Positions 47,440-57,808 of a DNA stretch of 64,000 bases are shown here, piece after piece. The notes under the pieces are model-generated. The model ran no database searches and was not told where the DNA came from. It saw only the letters and a program-made list of their open reading frames with translations. Both the position numbers and the translations under genes were made by a program. Origin of the DNA: Gammaproteobacteria bacterium. Lineage in GTDB: Bacteria; Pseudomonadota; Gammaproteobacteria; Arenicellales; Poriferihabitantaceae. The stretch is from NCBI GenBank assembly GCA_009841725.1, contig VYGS01000094.1:3114-67113 (forward strand), in the 5' to 3' direction. Numbering within the stretch: the first letter of the stretch is position 1; every line of letters begins with the position of its first letter.

Positions 47440-47852
47440 TCCAGCCTGCGCACCCGCGGGTGGTCGAGAATGGTATGCACCGCCTCGAGGACATCCATCT
47501 CTCGAATCGCCCTCTCCGGCAACCAAAGCACGCGCTGCCCTTCCCGCCCTTGCGGAACTCCGCTGTGGGAGACGACGATGAACACGTCCAGATCGACCTT
47601 GGCATGGTCGTAATCGTGAGGTATCGTGGCCAGACTGCTGGCGTCCAGAACGTCAACACCGAGCTCTTCCCCGAGTTCGCGGCGAAGCGCCGACTCGGCA
47701 TCTTCGCCCATCTCGATCTTGCCGCCCGGAAATTCCCACTTTCCCGCGCAGGGCGTGCCGGAACGGCGCTGCTGAACCAGAAATTTCCGGTCGTCATTGA
47801 CAAACAGGCCCACCACGACCTGCAGTCTGCGCTCAGGATCGATAGTCCGCAT
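47415..47852 (-). CDS. mutT: NUDIX hydrolase, MutT-like 8-oxo-dGTP diphosphatase
   Basis: Has the Nudix box GKWEFPGGKIEMGEDAESALRRELGEELGV. Confidence 0.8.
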   Translation of the reverse strand: MRTIDPERRLQVVVGLFVNDDRKFLVQQRRSGTPCAGKWEFPGGKIEMGEDAESALRRELGEELGVDVLDASSLATIPHDYDHAKVDLDVFIVVSHSGVPQGREGQRVLWLPERAIREMDVLEAVHTILDHPRVRRLDQARNRET

Positions 47853-49056
47853 TGATGGATATGTATCCGTGGGTCAGGTCACAGGTCCACATCGTGAATT
47901 GCCCGTTGCCGATTCCGATATCAATCTCTATCAATACTTCGGCTCCCTCCAGGTGCCGCGCGACGCGTCCCTCGTCATAATCCTCGGACCGGCTTCCTCC
48001 CCGGGCGACGGTTTCACCGCCTATTTTCAGGACGAGATTCTCGGGCACAACCTTCTGGCCGGATTTTCCCACAGCCATGATGACTCTCCCCCAGTTGGCA
48101 TCGCCACCGGCGATTGCCGTCTTGACCAGCGGGGAATTCGCGACCGCCTCCGCGATCTGCCGTGCAGCCGAATCCGTTTCCGCCCCCCTGACCCGAATCT
48201 CGATCAACTTGCTCGCGCCCTCACCGTCGCGCACGATCTGCAATGCAAGATCCTTGAGCACCGCATCCAGGGCAGTTCTGAATTCCACGAACCGGGGATC
48301 GTCGGCGAACCGGGGCGGCGCATTGCCCGCTGTTCCGGTGGCAAACAGGAGCAGCATGTCACTGGTCGAGGTGTCCCCGTCCACCGTGATCGCGTTGAAA
48401 GTCCGCCCGGCACTCTCCGCCAGCATCGCCTTCAAGGTCCCGGCCGGGATTGACGCATCCGTGAAACAGAATGCCAGCATGGTCGCCATGTCAGGCGCAA
48501 TCATGCCCGACCCCTTTGCAATCCCGCAAAGCGTAACGGCCTTCCCGTCTATCGCTGCGGTCGCGGTCGCTCCTTTCGGAAACGTATCGGTGGTCATGAT
48601 GGACCGGGCGACCCTCAGCCAGTCGGCTTCTTGCACATCCCGGGCCAGTTCGGGTATCGACCGGGCAATCCGTTTCGCGGGAAGCGGCTCGCCGATCACC
48701 CCGGTCGACGCCATCAGCACCTGCTCCGGCTCGCATCCAACCGCCCGGGCAGTCGCCTGGCCGATCATCCGGCAATGCTCAAGCCCCTCGGAGCCCGTGA
48801 AGGCATTCGCATTTCCCGAATTGACCACCAGCGCCCTGGGACAGTCTCCTTCGAGATGCTTCCTCGTGACCAAAACCGGTGCGGCGGGAAGGGACGAGCG
48901 CGTAAGCAATCCGGCCGCAGTGGTCCCGCAACAGAACGTCATCAGCATCAGATCATCGCGATCCGCATACTTGATGCCGGCCTCGCATGCCGCCATGGCC
49001 AGTCCGGATACGTGCGGCAATTGCGCAAGGCACGGGGGCACGAACGGGTCCGCCAT
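47833..49056 (-). CDS. argJ: bifunctional ornithine acetyltransferase / N-acetylglutamate synthase
   Basis: Trimmed to the ATG at 49056 (GAGAGAAGGA upstream). It has the autoprocessing-site region ATMLAFCFTDA and the C-terminal GYISINADYRS. Confidence 0.9.
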   Translation of the reverse strand: MADPFVPPCLAQLPHVSGLAMAACEAGIKYADRDDLMLMTFCCGTTAAGLLTRSSLPAAPVLVTRKHLEGDCPRALVVNSGNANAFTGSEGLEHCRMIGQATARAVGCEPEQVLMASTGVIGEPLPAKRIARSIPELARDVQEADWLRVARSIMTTDTFPKGATATAAIDGKAVTLCGIAKGSGMIAPDMATMLAFCFTDASIPAGTLKAMLAESAGRTFNAITVDGDTSTSDMLLLFATGTAGNAPPRFADDPRFVEFRTALDAVLKDLALQIVRDGEGASKLIEIRVRGAETDSAARQIAEAVANSPLVKTAIAGGDANWGRVIMAVGKSGQKVVPENLVLKIGGETVARGGSRSEDYDEGRVARHLEGAEVLIEIDIGIGNGQFTMWTCDLTHGYISINADYRS

Positions 49057-49075
49057 TCCTTCTCTCGATCCGCTA

Positions 49076-51790
49076 TCAGAGCCTGCCGCAGCAGTGCTTG
49101 TACTTTTTTCCGGAGCCGCATGGACACGGCTCGTTGCGGCCGACCTTGCGCTCGGTACGAACAAACGGCTGGTTTTCGGAATCCGGAGGGACTTCGCGGG
49201 GACGCTGGGGCGGTTGCTCCGATCGACCGGCGTTGTCATGGATGTATTTCATCCTGGCCTCTTCGGCCAACTTTCTGCGCAGGCGGTTTTCCATCTCGAT
49301 CCGCTCCTCCTCGGTCGGAATGTGCACCTTGGCCAGAATCGAGATCACCTCGTGCCGAACCGAATCGAGCAGGGCATTGAACATGGAAAACGCCTCCCGC
49401 TTGTATTCCTGCTTGGGGTTCTTCTGTGCATACCCCCTGAGCCCGATACCCTGGCGAAGATAGTCCATGTTTGCCAGATGCTCCTTCCATTGTTCGTCCA
49501 GCACCTTGAGCATGACGTGCTTTTCAAAATTCCGCATGTTGTCGCGGCCAACCCGGCTTTCCTTCGATCCGGCATCCTGCACCACCGCCTCGAATATCCG
49601 GGACCTCAGGGATTCCTCGTCCAGACTGTCTTCCCGCTCAAGCCATTCGGCGACCTTCAGATTGATCCCGAAATTCCCGGCCAGATCCTGCTCGAGCCTG
49701 GCCACGTCCCATTGCTCTTCCAGAGTCTGGGGAGGAATCGAGCGATCGATTACCTGCGCAACCACCTCTTCCCGGGCATATTCGATGTAATCCGATATGT
49801 CGTCCGAATCCATGAGCTCATTTCGCTGATCATAGACAATCCGCCGCTGCTCGTTGGAGACGTCATCGTATTCCAGCAACTGTTTTCGCATGTCGAAATT
49901 GTGCCCTTCGACCTTCTTCTGGGCATTTTCGATCGCCCGGGTCACCCAGGTATGCTCGATCGCCTCTCCCTCTTCCATTCCCAGCCTGCCCATCAATCCG
50001 GAAATTTTCTGCGAACCGAAAATACGCATGAGACTGTCTTCCAGCGAAAGATAGAACTGGCTCGATCCGGGGTCTCCCTGGCGTCCGCAGCGCCCCCGCA
50101 GCTGGTTGTCGACACGCCGCGATTCGTTTCGTTCCGTACCCAGAACGTGCAATCCGCCGGACTCGATCACCTGTTGATGGCGAGTCTCCCACTGCAGCCG
50201 TGCCTGTTCGACCGCATCCGGCTCCTCGAGCCGGGCAATTTCGATTTCCAGATTGCCGCCGAGAACGATATCGGTTCCCCGGCCGGCCATGTTGGTGGCA
50301 ATGGTCACCTTGCCCGGCCTCCCGGCCTCCGCGATGATTTCCGCCTCCCGTTCGTGATGCTTGGCATTGAGCACCTGATGCGGAATCTTCTTTTTTTTCA
50401 AAATCCCGGAAAGAAGCTCGGAAGATTCGATTGACGCCGTGCCGACCAGAACGGGCTGCTGTTTCGCCCTGCAGGATTCGATACCCTCGACGATGGCCTC
50501 GAATTTCTCTCCCGCGGTCCGATACACCTGATCCGGAAAGTCATTGCGGATCATCGGCATGTTGGTTGGAATGACGACAACCTCAAGCCCATAGATCTGG
50601 AGGAATTCCGGTGCCTCGGTGTCCGCGGTACCCGTCATTCCCGACAGATTGTCATACAGCCGGAAATAATTCTGGAAGGTGATTGACGCCAGAGTCTGGT
50701 TCTCCTGCCGGATCGGCACGCCTTCCTTGGCCTCGATCGCCTGATGCAGGCCTTCCGACCACCGTCGTCCCGGCATCATTCGGCCGGTGAATTCGTCGAT
50801 GATCACGATGGTCCCGTCCCTGACGATGTACTCGACATCCCGCCTGAAAACATGATGGGCCCGCAACCCCGCATACAGATGATGCAACAGCCCGATGTGG
50901 CTGACATCGTAGAGACTGCCCCCCTCCGGCAACAATCCGGACTCGGCCAGGATCTTTTCCGCACTTTCGAAACCCGCTTCGGTGAGAGCGACCTGCCGGG
51001 TTTTCTCCTCGACCGTGAAGTCGCCCGGCCCGTCCTCTTCGATCTGGCGCGTGAGTCGGGGAATCACCGTGTTGATTTCCTGGTACAGCTCGACGCTACC
51101 TTCGGAAGGCCCGGAAATTATCAGCGGCGTTCTCGCCTCGTCGATCAGGATCGAGTCCACCTCGTCGACGATGGCAAAACCCAGGCCGCGCTGGAACCGG
51201 TCCTTGCTGGAAAACGCCATGTTGTCCCGAAGGTAGTCGAATCCGAATTCGTTATTGGTTCCGTACACGATATCCGACCGGTAGGCCTGCTGCTTTTCGT
51301 CACGCTCCTGGTCCGCATGCACGACACCCACGCTCAATTCGAGAAATGCGTAAATCTCTCCCATCCACTTCGCATCCCGGCGCGCGAGGTAGTCGTTCAC
51401 GGTCACGATATGAACCGGGGAGTCGCAAACCGCATTGAGATAGGCGGGCAATGTCGCCACCAGGGTCTTGCCTTCACCGGTCTTCATCTCGGCGATCTTC
51501 CCTTCATTCAACACCATGCCTCCGATCAGCTGGACATCGAAATGCCGTAATCCGATCGCCCTTACGGAGGCTTCCCTGACCACCGCGAACGCTTCCTCAA
51601 GCAGGCTTTCTGCTGTTTCCCCGCTCGCGGACCGTTCCCGAAATGCATTCGTCCTCGCCTTGAGTTCCTCATCCGACAGGGCCTGCATCTCCGGTTCGAG
51701 CGCATTGATCCTGAGGACCGATTTCTGCATCTTCCGAAGCAGTCGCTGGTTCCGATCACCGAAGACCTTTTTCAGTGCAGTTTGCAGCAT
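49076..51790 (-). CDS. secA: preprotein translocase ATPase SecA
   Basis: 904 aa with [14 protein letters not shown], the DEAD-like [20 protein letters not shown], and the C-terminal zinc motif [14 protein letters not shown]. Confidence 0.97.
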   Translation of the reverse strand: MLQTALKKVFGDRNQRLLRKMQKSVLRINALEPEMQALSDEELKARTNAFRERSASGETAESLLEEAFAVVREASVRAIGLRHFDVQLIGGMVLNEGKIAEMKTGEGKTLVATLPAYLNAVCDSPVHIVTVNDYLARRDAKWMGEIYAFLELSVGVVHADQERDEKQQAYRSDIVYGTNNEFGFDYLRDNMAFSSKDRFQRGLGFAIVDEVDSILIDEARTPLIISGPSEGSVELYQEINTVIPRLTRQIEEDGPGDFTVEEKTRQVALTEAGFESAEKILAESGLLPEGGSLYDVSHIGLLHHLYAGLRAHHVFRRDVEYIVRDGTIVIIDEFTGRMMPGRRWSEGLHQAIEAKEGVPIRQENQTLASITFQNYFRLYDNLSGMTGTADTEAPEFLQIYGLEVVVIPTNMPMIRNDFPDQVYRTAGEKFEAIVEGIESCRAKQQPVLVGTASIESSELLSGILKKKKIPHQVLNAKHHEREAEIIAEAGRPGKVTIATNMAGRGTDIVLGGNLEIEIARLEEPDAVEQARLQWETRHQQVIESGGLHVLGTERNESRRVDNQLRGRCGRQGDPGSSQFYLSLEDSLMRIFGSQKISGLMGRLGMEEGEAIEHTWVTRAIENAQKKVEGHNFDMRKQLLEYDDVSNEQRRIVYDQRNELMDSDDISDYIEYAREEVVAQVIDRSIPPQTLEEQWDVARLEQDLAGNFGINLKVAEWLEREDSLDEESLRSRIFEAVVQDAGSKESRVGRDNMRNFEKHVMLKVLDEQWKEHLANMDYLRQGIGLRGYAQKNPKQEYKREAFSMFNALLDSVRHEVISILAKVHIPTEEERIEMENRLRRKLAEEARMKYIHDNAGRSEQPPQRPREVPPDSENQPFVRTERKVGRNEPCPCGSGKKYKHCCGRL

Positions 51791-51859
51791 GGATATTGTG
51801 TAGTACGATCAGGAATGATTCGAAATTATGCCAAAGATAGACTAGCGGACTGTATCAGC

Positions 51860-52306
51860 ATGAAACCGATCTCGGCATTCACCAAGGGGATTATACCCGC
51901 TGGACTGAACAAGCCCGAAACCCGCAAAGACGCCGAACTCCGGGAACTGTGGCAGCATGTCGCCGGAACGATGGCATCCCATGCACGTCCGATGCTTCAG
52001 CGATCCGGCCGACTGGTCATTATCTGCGAATCGCCAGTATGGGCAACCAATATCCGGTTTCAGGCTCCATCCATCCTGAAACAATTCAGGGAGCACGGCT
52101 TTTCGGTCAGGGAGGTCGCGGTCAAGGTGTCGCCCGTGAACCGAAGCCGCCCTCTGCCCGCCAGCCGGGCAGAGCATGTGATTCCGATATCCGAAAAGGC
52201 AGCCAAAAGCATCATCGAGGCTTCCGAGAAGGCGGCAAATCCACGTTTGAAACTGTCACTTGAGCGGCTTGCGAAGACCGCGCAGAGACAACTCAGGAAT
52301 CAATAG
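51860..52306 (+). CDS. dciA: DciA (DUF721) replicative-helicase operator protein
   Basis: Trimmed to [10 protein letters not shown]. The core [50 protein letters not shown] matches the DUF721 pattern. The secA/lpxC-adjacent location is conserved. Confidence 0.7.
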   Translation: MKPISAFTKGIIPAGLNKPETRKDAELRELWQHVAGTMASHARPMLQRSGRLVIICESPVWATNIRFQAPSILKQFREHGFSVREVAVKVSPVNRSRPLPASRAEHVIPISEKAAKSIIEASEKAANPRLKLSLERLAKTAQRQLRNQ

Positions 52307-53217
52307 GCCAGTGCGACACTGTTAAGGAAAATCGGCACATCGGCTTCGTCTTCAAACGTTACCAGTTCCCATGCCGACTGGTCCGCCATCAGCTTCCGGA
52401 CCAGCCGATTATTCAGCGCGTGGCCGGATTTGTAGGCCTGGAACTCGCCGATCAGGAGATGGCCGGTCAAGTACAGATCGCCGATTGCGTCGAGTATCTT
52501 GTGCTTGACGAACTCGCCCTCGTAACGAAGACCTTCCTTGTTCAGGATATGGAAGGAATCGAGAACAATTGCGTTATCGAAGCTGCCGCCGCGCGCCAGC
52601 CCGGCATTCTGGAGCATTTCCAGCTCGTCTATGAAGCCGAATGTCCTGGCCCGGCTGACCTCCTTGATGAATGAGGTGGTGGAAAACTGCAACTCCTCGC
52701 TCTGGGTCGAGTTCTGCATGACGGGGTGATCGAAATCAATGGTGAACCTCACCTTGAAGCCGGGGTAGGGGCTGAGGCTTGCCCATTTGTCGCCGTCACG
52801 AATCTTGATGCGGCGCTTGATACGAATGAATTTCTTCGGGTCGGACTGCTCGACAATCCCGGCCGACTGCAACAGGAACACAAACGGACCGCCACTCCCG
52901 TCCATGATCGGAACTTCGGAAGCGTTCAATTCGACAATCGCATTGTCGATGCCCAGCCCGGCAAACGCGGACATCAGGTGTTCCACGGTCGAGACCCGAA
53001 TCCCGTCCCTCTCGAGAGTTGTCGAGAGCCGCGTATCCCGGACGTCCTCGACATTGGCGGGGAATTCTCCGAGAATACGCCCTCCTGCATCGACCCGGCG
53101 GAAAATGATCCCGCAATTCGGATCGGCGGGCCTGAGCCTCAGCGTCACCTTTTCTCCGGTATGCAAACCCACTCCCGTCGCGCGGATGGGGTTTTTCAGT
53201 GTCCGTTGCTTAACCAT
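52300..53217 (-). CDS. lpxC: UDP-3-O-acyl-GlcNAc deacetylase
   Basis: Has [40 protein letters not shown] and [15 protein letters not shown]. Confidence 0.95.
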   Translation of the reverse strand: MVKQRTLKNPIRATGVGLHTGEKVTLRLRPADPNCGIIFRRVDAGGRILGEFPANVEDVRDTRLSTTLERDGIRVSTVEHLMSAFAGLGIDNAIVELNASEVPIMDGSGGPFVFLLQSAGIVEQSDPKKFIRIKRRIKIRDGDKWASLSPYPGFKVRFTIDFDHPVMQNSTQSEELQFSTTSFIKEVSRARTFGFIDELEMLQNAGLARGGSFDNAIVLDSFHILNKEGLRYEGEFVKHKILDAIGDLYLTGHLLIGEFQAYKSGHALNNRLVRKLMADQSAWELVTFEDEADVPIFLNSVALAY

Positions 53218-53508
53218 GACAATCCAGACTTTCCTAATTTCGGGGAGATTTGCGGGCTGAAGGCATTATACACGTGTGTCAACCCCTCCCTACATTACAT
53301 TTTTTTTACCCTGAGCAGTGTGCAATGAACACGGATTCCGGAACATCCGCTCGGTCTGTCAACAACCGGCCAAGCGCCGTGAGACCAAAAACGGGCCATT
53401 CCATCATCTTTCCCATGACGGGACACAACCTTCCCGCCGACAGCGCATTCCATACCTATGACAGCTGGTTCTGCCCGACACTCCGGGGAGCCTTCCCGGT
53501 CTGGACAA

Positions 53509-54657
53509 TCAATCGGCCTGCTTGCGCAACCAGATCGGCAGATCGTATCGGTCCATGTTCTTTTCGGAATAGTCGGCCGGCGCAGTATTGAGCATCTCCA
53601 ATCGGCTGTCACGACGACGGGCCCTGCTTGCCTGGGCCGCTTCATCCTGGTCCTGACCTTCCGGCTCCGCCGGCGCCGGCTCGGCCAGCTCAAGCGTCGA
53701 CCCGCCGTATTTCAGTCCCGTAGCAACCACCGTCACGCTGATCTCCTCTTTCATGTCGTTGTCGATGGACATGCCGATCATCATGTTGCAGTCCGGATGA
53801 TCGTACTCCCTGACCAGGGTACAGATTCGCCGGTACTCTCCGATACGAAGATCGGGGCCTCCGGTTATATTGACCAGGATGCCTTTCGCGCCCTCGATAT
53901 CGGCATCCTCGAGGAACGGGCTGGAAATGGCCATCCCGATGGCTTCGTCAGCACGGTTTTCGCCTCCCGCCGTGGCCGAGCCCATCACTGCCATGCCCAT
54001 CTCGCCCATCACCGTTTTCACGTCGGAGAAGTCCAGGTTGATCCTTCCGGGCTTGGTGATCAGATCCGAGATGCCCTTCACGGCATTCAGTAGCACCTGA
54101 TTGGCCATTCCGAAGGCCGTCTCGATGTCCTCGTCGTCTCCGGCAATGGTGGGAATCTTGTCGTTCGGGATGATGATCAGGGAGTCGACATGCTGGTGAA
54201 GTTCCGAGATGCCCTGTTCGGCCACGGCACTTCGTTTCGCCCCTTCGTACTCGAACGGGCGCGTCACCACCGCCACCGACAATATCTTCATCTCGCGCGC
54301 GACCTCCGCCACCACCGGTGCGGCACCGGTTCCGGTCCCGCCACCCATGCCGGCCGCAATGAATACCATGTCCGCTCCGTCCAGGGCGGAGACGAGGTGG
54401 TCCCGCATTTCCAGCGCCGCCTGTCGCCCGATGTCGGGATTCGCTCCGGCACCCAGTCCGCGGGTGATGTTCTCGCCCAGCTGGAGCCTCGTGATCTGGC
54501 CGGAAGATGTACTGCCCAAGGCTTGTGCATCCGTATTCGCGACGATGAATTCGACATCCTCGAGTTTTTCAGACAGCATGTACTCGACTGCGTTTCCACC
54601 GCCACCGCCAACACCGATTACCTTGATAACCGCACGTTGATTCTCAATTACAAACAT
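53509..54657 (-). CDS. ftsZ: cell division protein FtsZ
   Basis: Has the tubulin signature GGGTGTGAAPVVA, NTDAQAL and a C-terminal DLPIWLRKQAD peptide. Confidence 0.97.
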   Translation of the reverse strand: MFVIENQRAVIKVIGVGGGGGNAVEYMLSEKLEDVEFIVANTDAQALGSTSSGQITRLQLGENITRGLGAGANPDIGRQAALEMRDHLVSALDGADMVFIAAGMGGGTGTGAAPVVAEVAREMKILSVAVVTRPFEYEGAKRSAVAEQGISELHQHVDSLIIIPNDKIPTIAGDDEDIETAFGMANQVLLNAVKGISDLITKPGRINLDFSDVKTVMGEMGMAVMGSATAGGENRADEAIGMAISSPFLEDADIEGAKGILVNITGGPDLRIGEYRRICTLVREYDHPDCNMMIGMSIDNDMKEEISVTVVATGLKYGGSTLELAEPAPAEPEGQDQDEAAQASRARRRDSRLEMLNTAPADYSEKNMDRYDLPIWLRKQAD

Positions 54658-54724
54658 AATATCTACTCCTTATTATTTTCAAAAATTGTCGGATGTAAGG
54701 GGTGCATGATTACCGATTGTCGCC

Positions 54725-55963
54725 TCACGAAAACACGCTCCTGACCCAGCCCTTGACGGATCTGCCCATCGAACCCTTCCCCAAGGATTCATTCAGGAAC
54801 GGGCTCGGCCGGCTCTGGCGGGCATAGCCGTATTTCACCAGCCCGATACCGGTCGAATAGATCGGATTTCTGACTGATTGCTCAAGATTCCCCCGGTAGT
54901 CCGGGAGACCCTGTCGGACCGGCAAATGGAATATTTCCTCGGTCAGCTCGACAATGCCCTCAAGACGCGATGTTCCGCCTGTCAGCACGATTCCCGAGCC
55001 GATCATGTCCAAAAAGCCGCTCCGGCTGAGTTCCGCCTGAACCAGCACCATCAATTCGTCTATCCGGGGTTCGATCACCTCGGCCAGCGCCCAGCGCAGG
55101 AGCGTGCGGGGCGGGCGCCCCCCGATACTCGGAATTTCGATTTCCTGATGCTTGTCCACCATCTGGATCAACGCGTTGCCATAACGCTTCTTGATGTCCT
55201 CGGCGGCGGTGCGAGGCGTATTGAGCGCGATCGCAACATCATTCGTGACCTGGTCGCCCGCAATCGGGATGACCGCGGTATGCTTGATGAATCCGTCGTG
55301 ATAGACCGCAATGTCGGTCGTCCCGCCCCCGATGTCGACCATGCAGACTCCCAGATCCTTCTCGTCGTACGTGAGCACGGATTCGGATGAGGCAATCTGC
55401 TCGAGAACGAGATCGTTGACTTCGAGCCCACAGCATCGGATGCATTTCATGATGTTCTGGGCTGCGCTGTTCGAACCGGTGATGACATGCACGCCGGCTT
55501 CCATCCTGACGCCGGACATTCCGATCGGATCGTGGATTCCCTGCTGCTCGTCAATGCTGAAGTCCTGAGGCAAGACATGAAGAATTCGCTGGCCGTTCGG
55601 CACCGCCAGCGCCCGAGCCGCGTCCAGCACCCGCTGCACATCGCCTTGATCGACTTCTCCGCTCTTGATCGCGGCGACACCGTGTGAGTTGATACTGCGA
55701 ATATGGGCACCGGCGATCCCGACATAGACGGAACCGATGTTGCAGTTGGCCATGAGGCTCGCCTCTTCCACGGCCTTCTGGATGGATTGCACGGTCGATT
55801 CGATATCGGAAACCACGCCCTTTTTCATACCTTTCGCGTGGTGGTGGCCCAGACCGATGATCTTCATGCTGCCCTGATCATTGAACTCCGCAACGATAAC
55901 CAGCACTTTGGTGGTGCCGATATCCAGACCGACAAGCACTTGATCTTGAGATTTCTTTGCCAT
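54725..55963 (-). CDS. ftsA: cell division protein FtsA
   Basis: It has an actin-like ATPase fold (VGLDIGTTKVLVIV, VDIGGGTTDIAV) and a C-terminal amphipathic tail. Confidence 0.95.
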   Translation of the reverse strand: MAKKSQDQVLVGLDIGTTKVLVIVAEFNDQGSMKIIGLGHHHAKGMKKGVVSDIESTVQSIQKAVEEASLMANCNIGSVYVGIAGAHIRSINSHGVAAIKSGEVDQGDVQRVLDAARALAVPNGQRILHVLPQDFSIDEQQGIHDPIGMSGVRMEAGVHVITGSNSAAQNIMKCIRCCGLEVNDLVLEQIASSESVLTYDEKDLGVCMVDIGGGTTDIAVYHDGFIKHTAVIPIAGDQVTNDVAIALNTPRTAAEDIKKRYGNALIQMVDKHQEIEIPSIGGRPPRTLLRWALAEVIEPRIDELMVLVQAELSRSGFLDMIGSGIVLTGGTSRLEGIVELTEEIFHLPVRQGLPDYRGNLEQSVRNPIYSTGIGLVKYGYARQSRPSPFLNESLGKGSMGRSVKGWVRSVFS

Positions 55964-55969
55964 GACTAT

Positions 55970-56896
55970 TCAGTTGATCGTTTTCAGGGGTTGATGCCTC
56001 TCTCCGGGCAGGGAATGCGAGTTGCCCAATGCCAGGGAAGGCTGCTCGTTCTTCCAGCGAATGGCAAAGCCATTCGTGTATCGAAGGTCGATCGACCGGA
56101 TTTCTTCGAATCGATCGATCAAGTACCGGTCGAGGCTTGCAACGAACCGGGGGATCCGCTCTCCGGCATTTTCCTCGTCGACCTCCATCTTGACGGTCGC
56201 CTGTGCCGCCGCCGGCGTCTCGCCTTCGCTCGCCGACAGGAACCGGCTCTTCGACAACGCCCCGAGAGACAGCTCAAAATGCCAGATCCGCCCTTCATCG
56301 ACCCTGAATGAATCCAGGGCAAGACCCCAGGCTCCAAACTTGTCGGACCAGCTGAAAAAAGCGTCCAGCAATTCCGGCTCGTCGCCTTGCGGACCGGACA
56401 TCATGGGCAGGTGGGCGTATTCGTCGGGCTCAAGAAAGGGCGGAATATCCAGCACCTCTCCCGAATACGTGATCCATTCGCTGTCGTACCACCGCACGAC
56501 CGGATTGATCTCGGCTATCGCCACGATCAGGGTAGAGGGCCATTGACGACGGATCGAGACAGAGGAAATCCAGGGGATATCTGAAACGATTTCTTCAAGC
56601 CGCTCGATATCGGCCGAGAAAAAGTTTCCGTCGAGACCTGAAAGGACGGCTTCTCTCACCAGGTCCTGGCCCCGATTTCCGTACTGATGGTTGATCCTGA
56701 CCTCTGTGAAGAGATGGTTGTCCGGCATATAGAGTTCGTCCACGGCGTGAATGATGCCCAACGGCACGACCAGAGCGCCGAGGAACAGGAGCACGCTCCT
56801 GACTGTCGATTTCCACTGCGGTGTCGGTTCGTCGCCCATCTGCTCGTGCTGCGGGCCGGCTCCCAGATCCAGAGCATGTCGATAGTCATGGGTCAT
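55970..56896 (-). CDS. ftsQ: cell division protein FtsQ (POTRA + FtsQ domains)
   Basis: Bitopic protein with the TM segment VLLFLGALVVPLGIIHAV. It lies between murB and ftsA, and its start overlaps the murB stop (ATGA). Confidence 0.85.
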   Translation of the reverse strand: MTHDYRHALDLGAGPQHEQMGDEPTPQWKSTVRSVLLFLGALVVPLGIIHAVDELYMPDNHLFTEVRINHQYGNRGQDLVREAVLSGLDGNFFSADIERLEEIVSDIPWISSVSIRRQWPSTLIVAIAEINPVVRWYDSEWITYSGEVLDIPPFLEPDEYAHLPMMSGPQGDEPELLDAFFSWSDKFGAWGLALDSFRVDEGRIWHFELSLGALSKSRFLSASEGETPAAAQATVKMEVDEENAGERIPRFVASLDRYLIDRFEEIRSIDLRYTNGFAIRWKNEQPSLALGNSHSLPGERHQPLKTIN

Positions 56897-57783
56897 GGGC
56901 GATCTCCGATAATCCGCACTTCCGGAATGAGTCGAACACCCGTCGCTTCTTCGACCTGGTTCCGGATATGGTCAATCAACGCCTCGATCTGCATCGAGGT
57001 GGCGGCTCGGCCACGGTTGATGATGAAATTGGCATGCACTTCAGAGACCACGGCATCGCCTATCGAGTAGCCCTTCAAGCCGCATCGCTCAATCAGTCGA
57101 GCCGCAAAATCTCCGTCCGGATTCTTGAATACCGAACCGGCATTGGCGGTCTGAACCGGCTGGGAAGCATTGCGGCGTGCCCGCTGCTCGCGGATGATCT
57201 GCTGGCCGTCATACCCCGCACCGGTTTCATCCAGCGCCAGGACGGCAGACAGAATCCAGCGTCCGGCGGGCAATTCGACCCGCCGGTATCCATGGGGTAC
57301 GGCGCCTTTTGCCTGCACTTCGCACTGCCCCGTGCGGTCCACACACTCGATCGACTCCACGTGGCCCCAGATCTCGTCTCCGAATGCGCCGGCATTCATG
57401 GCCAAGGCCCCGCCGAATGATCCGGGAACGCTGGCGAGAAACTCGACACCCGCCAGCCTCCACGAGGCCGCGGCTTTCGCCACATTGGCACTGGAGACGC
57501 CGGATTCCGCATAAATCCGGCCATCACCCAAAGCGCTGATCTGCTTGAGACCCGAAGAGGTCTGGATGACCATGCCCCGTATCCCTCCATCCCGAACCAG
57601 CAAATTGCTGCCAAGGCCGATCCACGAAACCGGCATGGTTTCGGGCAGCGACCCGAGCAGATGGACGATGTCCTCCTTGCTGCGGGGCAGATACATGTAA
57701 TCCGCAGCACCTCCGGTTCTCCAGCTCGTATGCCGCGACATGGGTTCGTTCATCCGCAACTCCCCGCCAAGGCCCTCCGGCAT
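56893..57783 (-). CDS. murB: UDP-N-acetylenolpyruvoylglucosamine reductase
   Basis: Trimmed to MPEGLGGELRMNEPMSRHTSWRTGGAADY. It has GLGSNLLVRD and GSVFKNP motifs. Confidence 0.9.
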   Translation of the reverse strand: MPEGLGGELRMNEPMSRHTSWRTGGAADYMYLPRSKEDIVHLLGSLPETMPVSWIGLGSNLLVRDGGIRGMVIQTSSGLKQISALGDGRIYAESGVSSANVAKAAASWRLAGVEFLASVPGSFGGALAMNAGAFGDEIWGHVESIECVDRTGQCEVQAKGAVPHGYRRVELPAGRWILSAVLALDETGAGYDGQQIIREQRARRNASQPVQTANAGSVFKNPDGDFAARLIERCGLKGYSIGDAVVSEVHANFIINRGRAATSMQIEALIDHIRNQVEEATGVRLIPEVRIIGDRP

Positions 57784-57808
57784 CCGAAAATCCCAGTATC
57801 TGCCGGTA

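Noticed and set aside
48077-50434. Very long plus-strand ORF (785 aa) spanning argJ and secA
   Set aside because: It lies entirely antisense to two genes with unmistakable conserved products. Its low-complexity Ala/Ser/Pro/Arg-rich translation is typical of the antisense frame of GC-rich coding DNA. It has no recognisable motifs.
53265-53282. TTGACA (53282-53277) and TATAAT (53270-53265) on the lpxC-sense strand as a promoter pair
   Set aside because: The two perfect hexamers are only 6 nt apart, so they cannot form one sigma70 promoter. The TATAAT alone may be the lpxC -10 (about 48 nt upstream of the ATG), but I cannot support a full promoter call.
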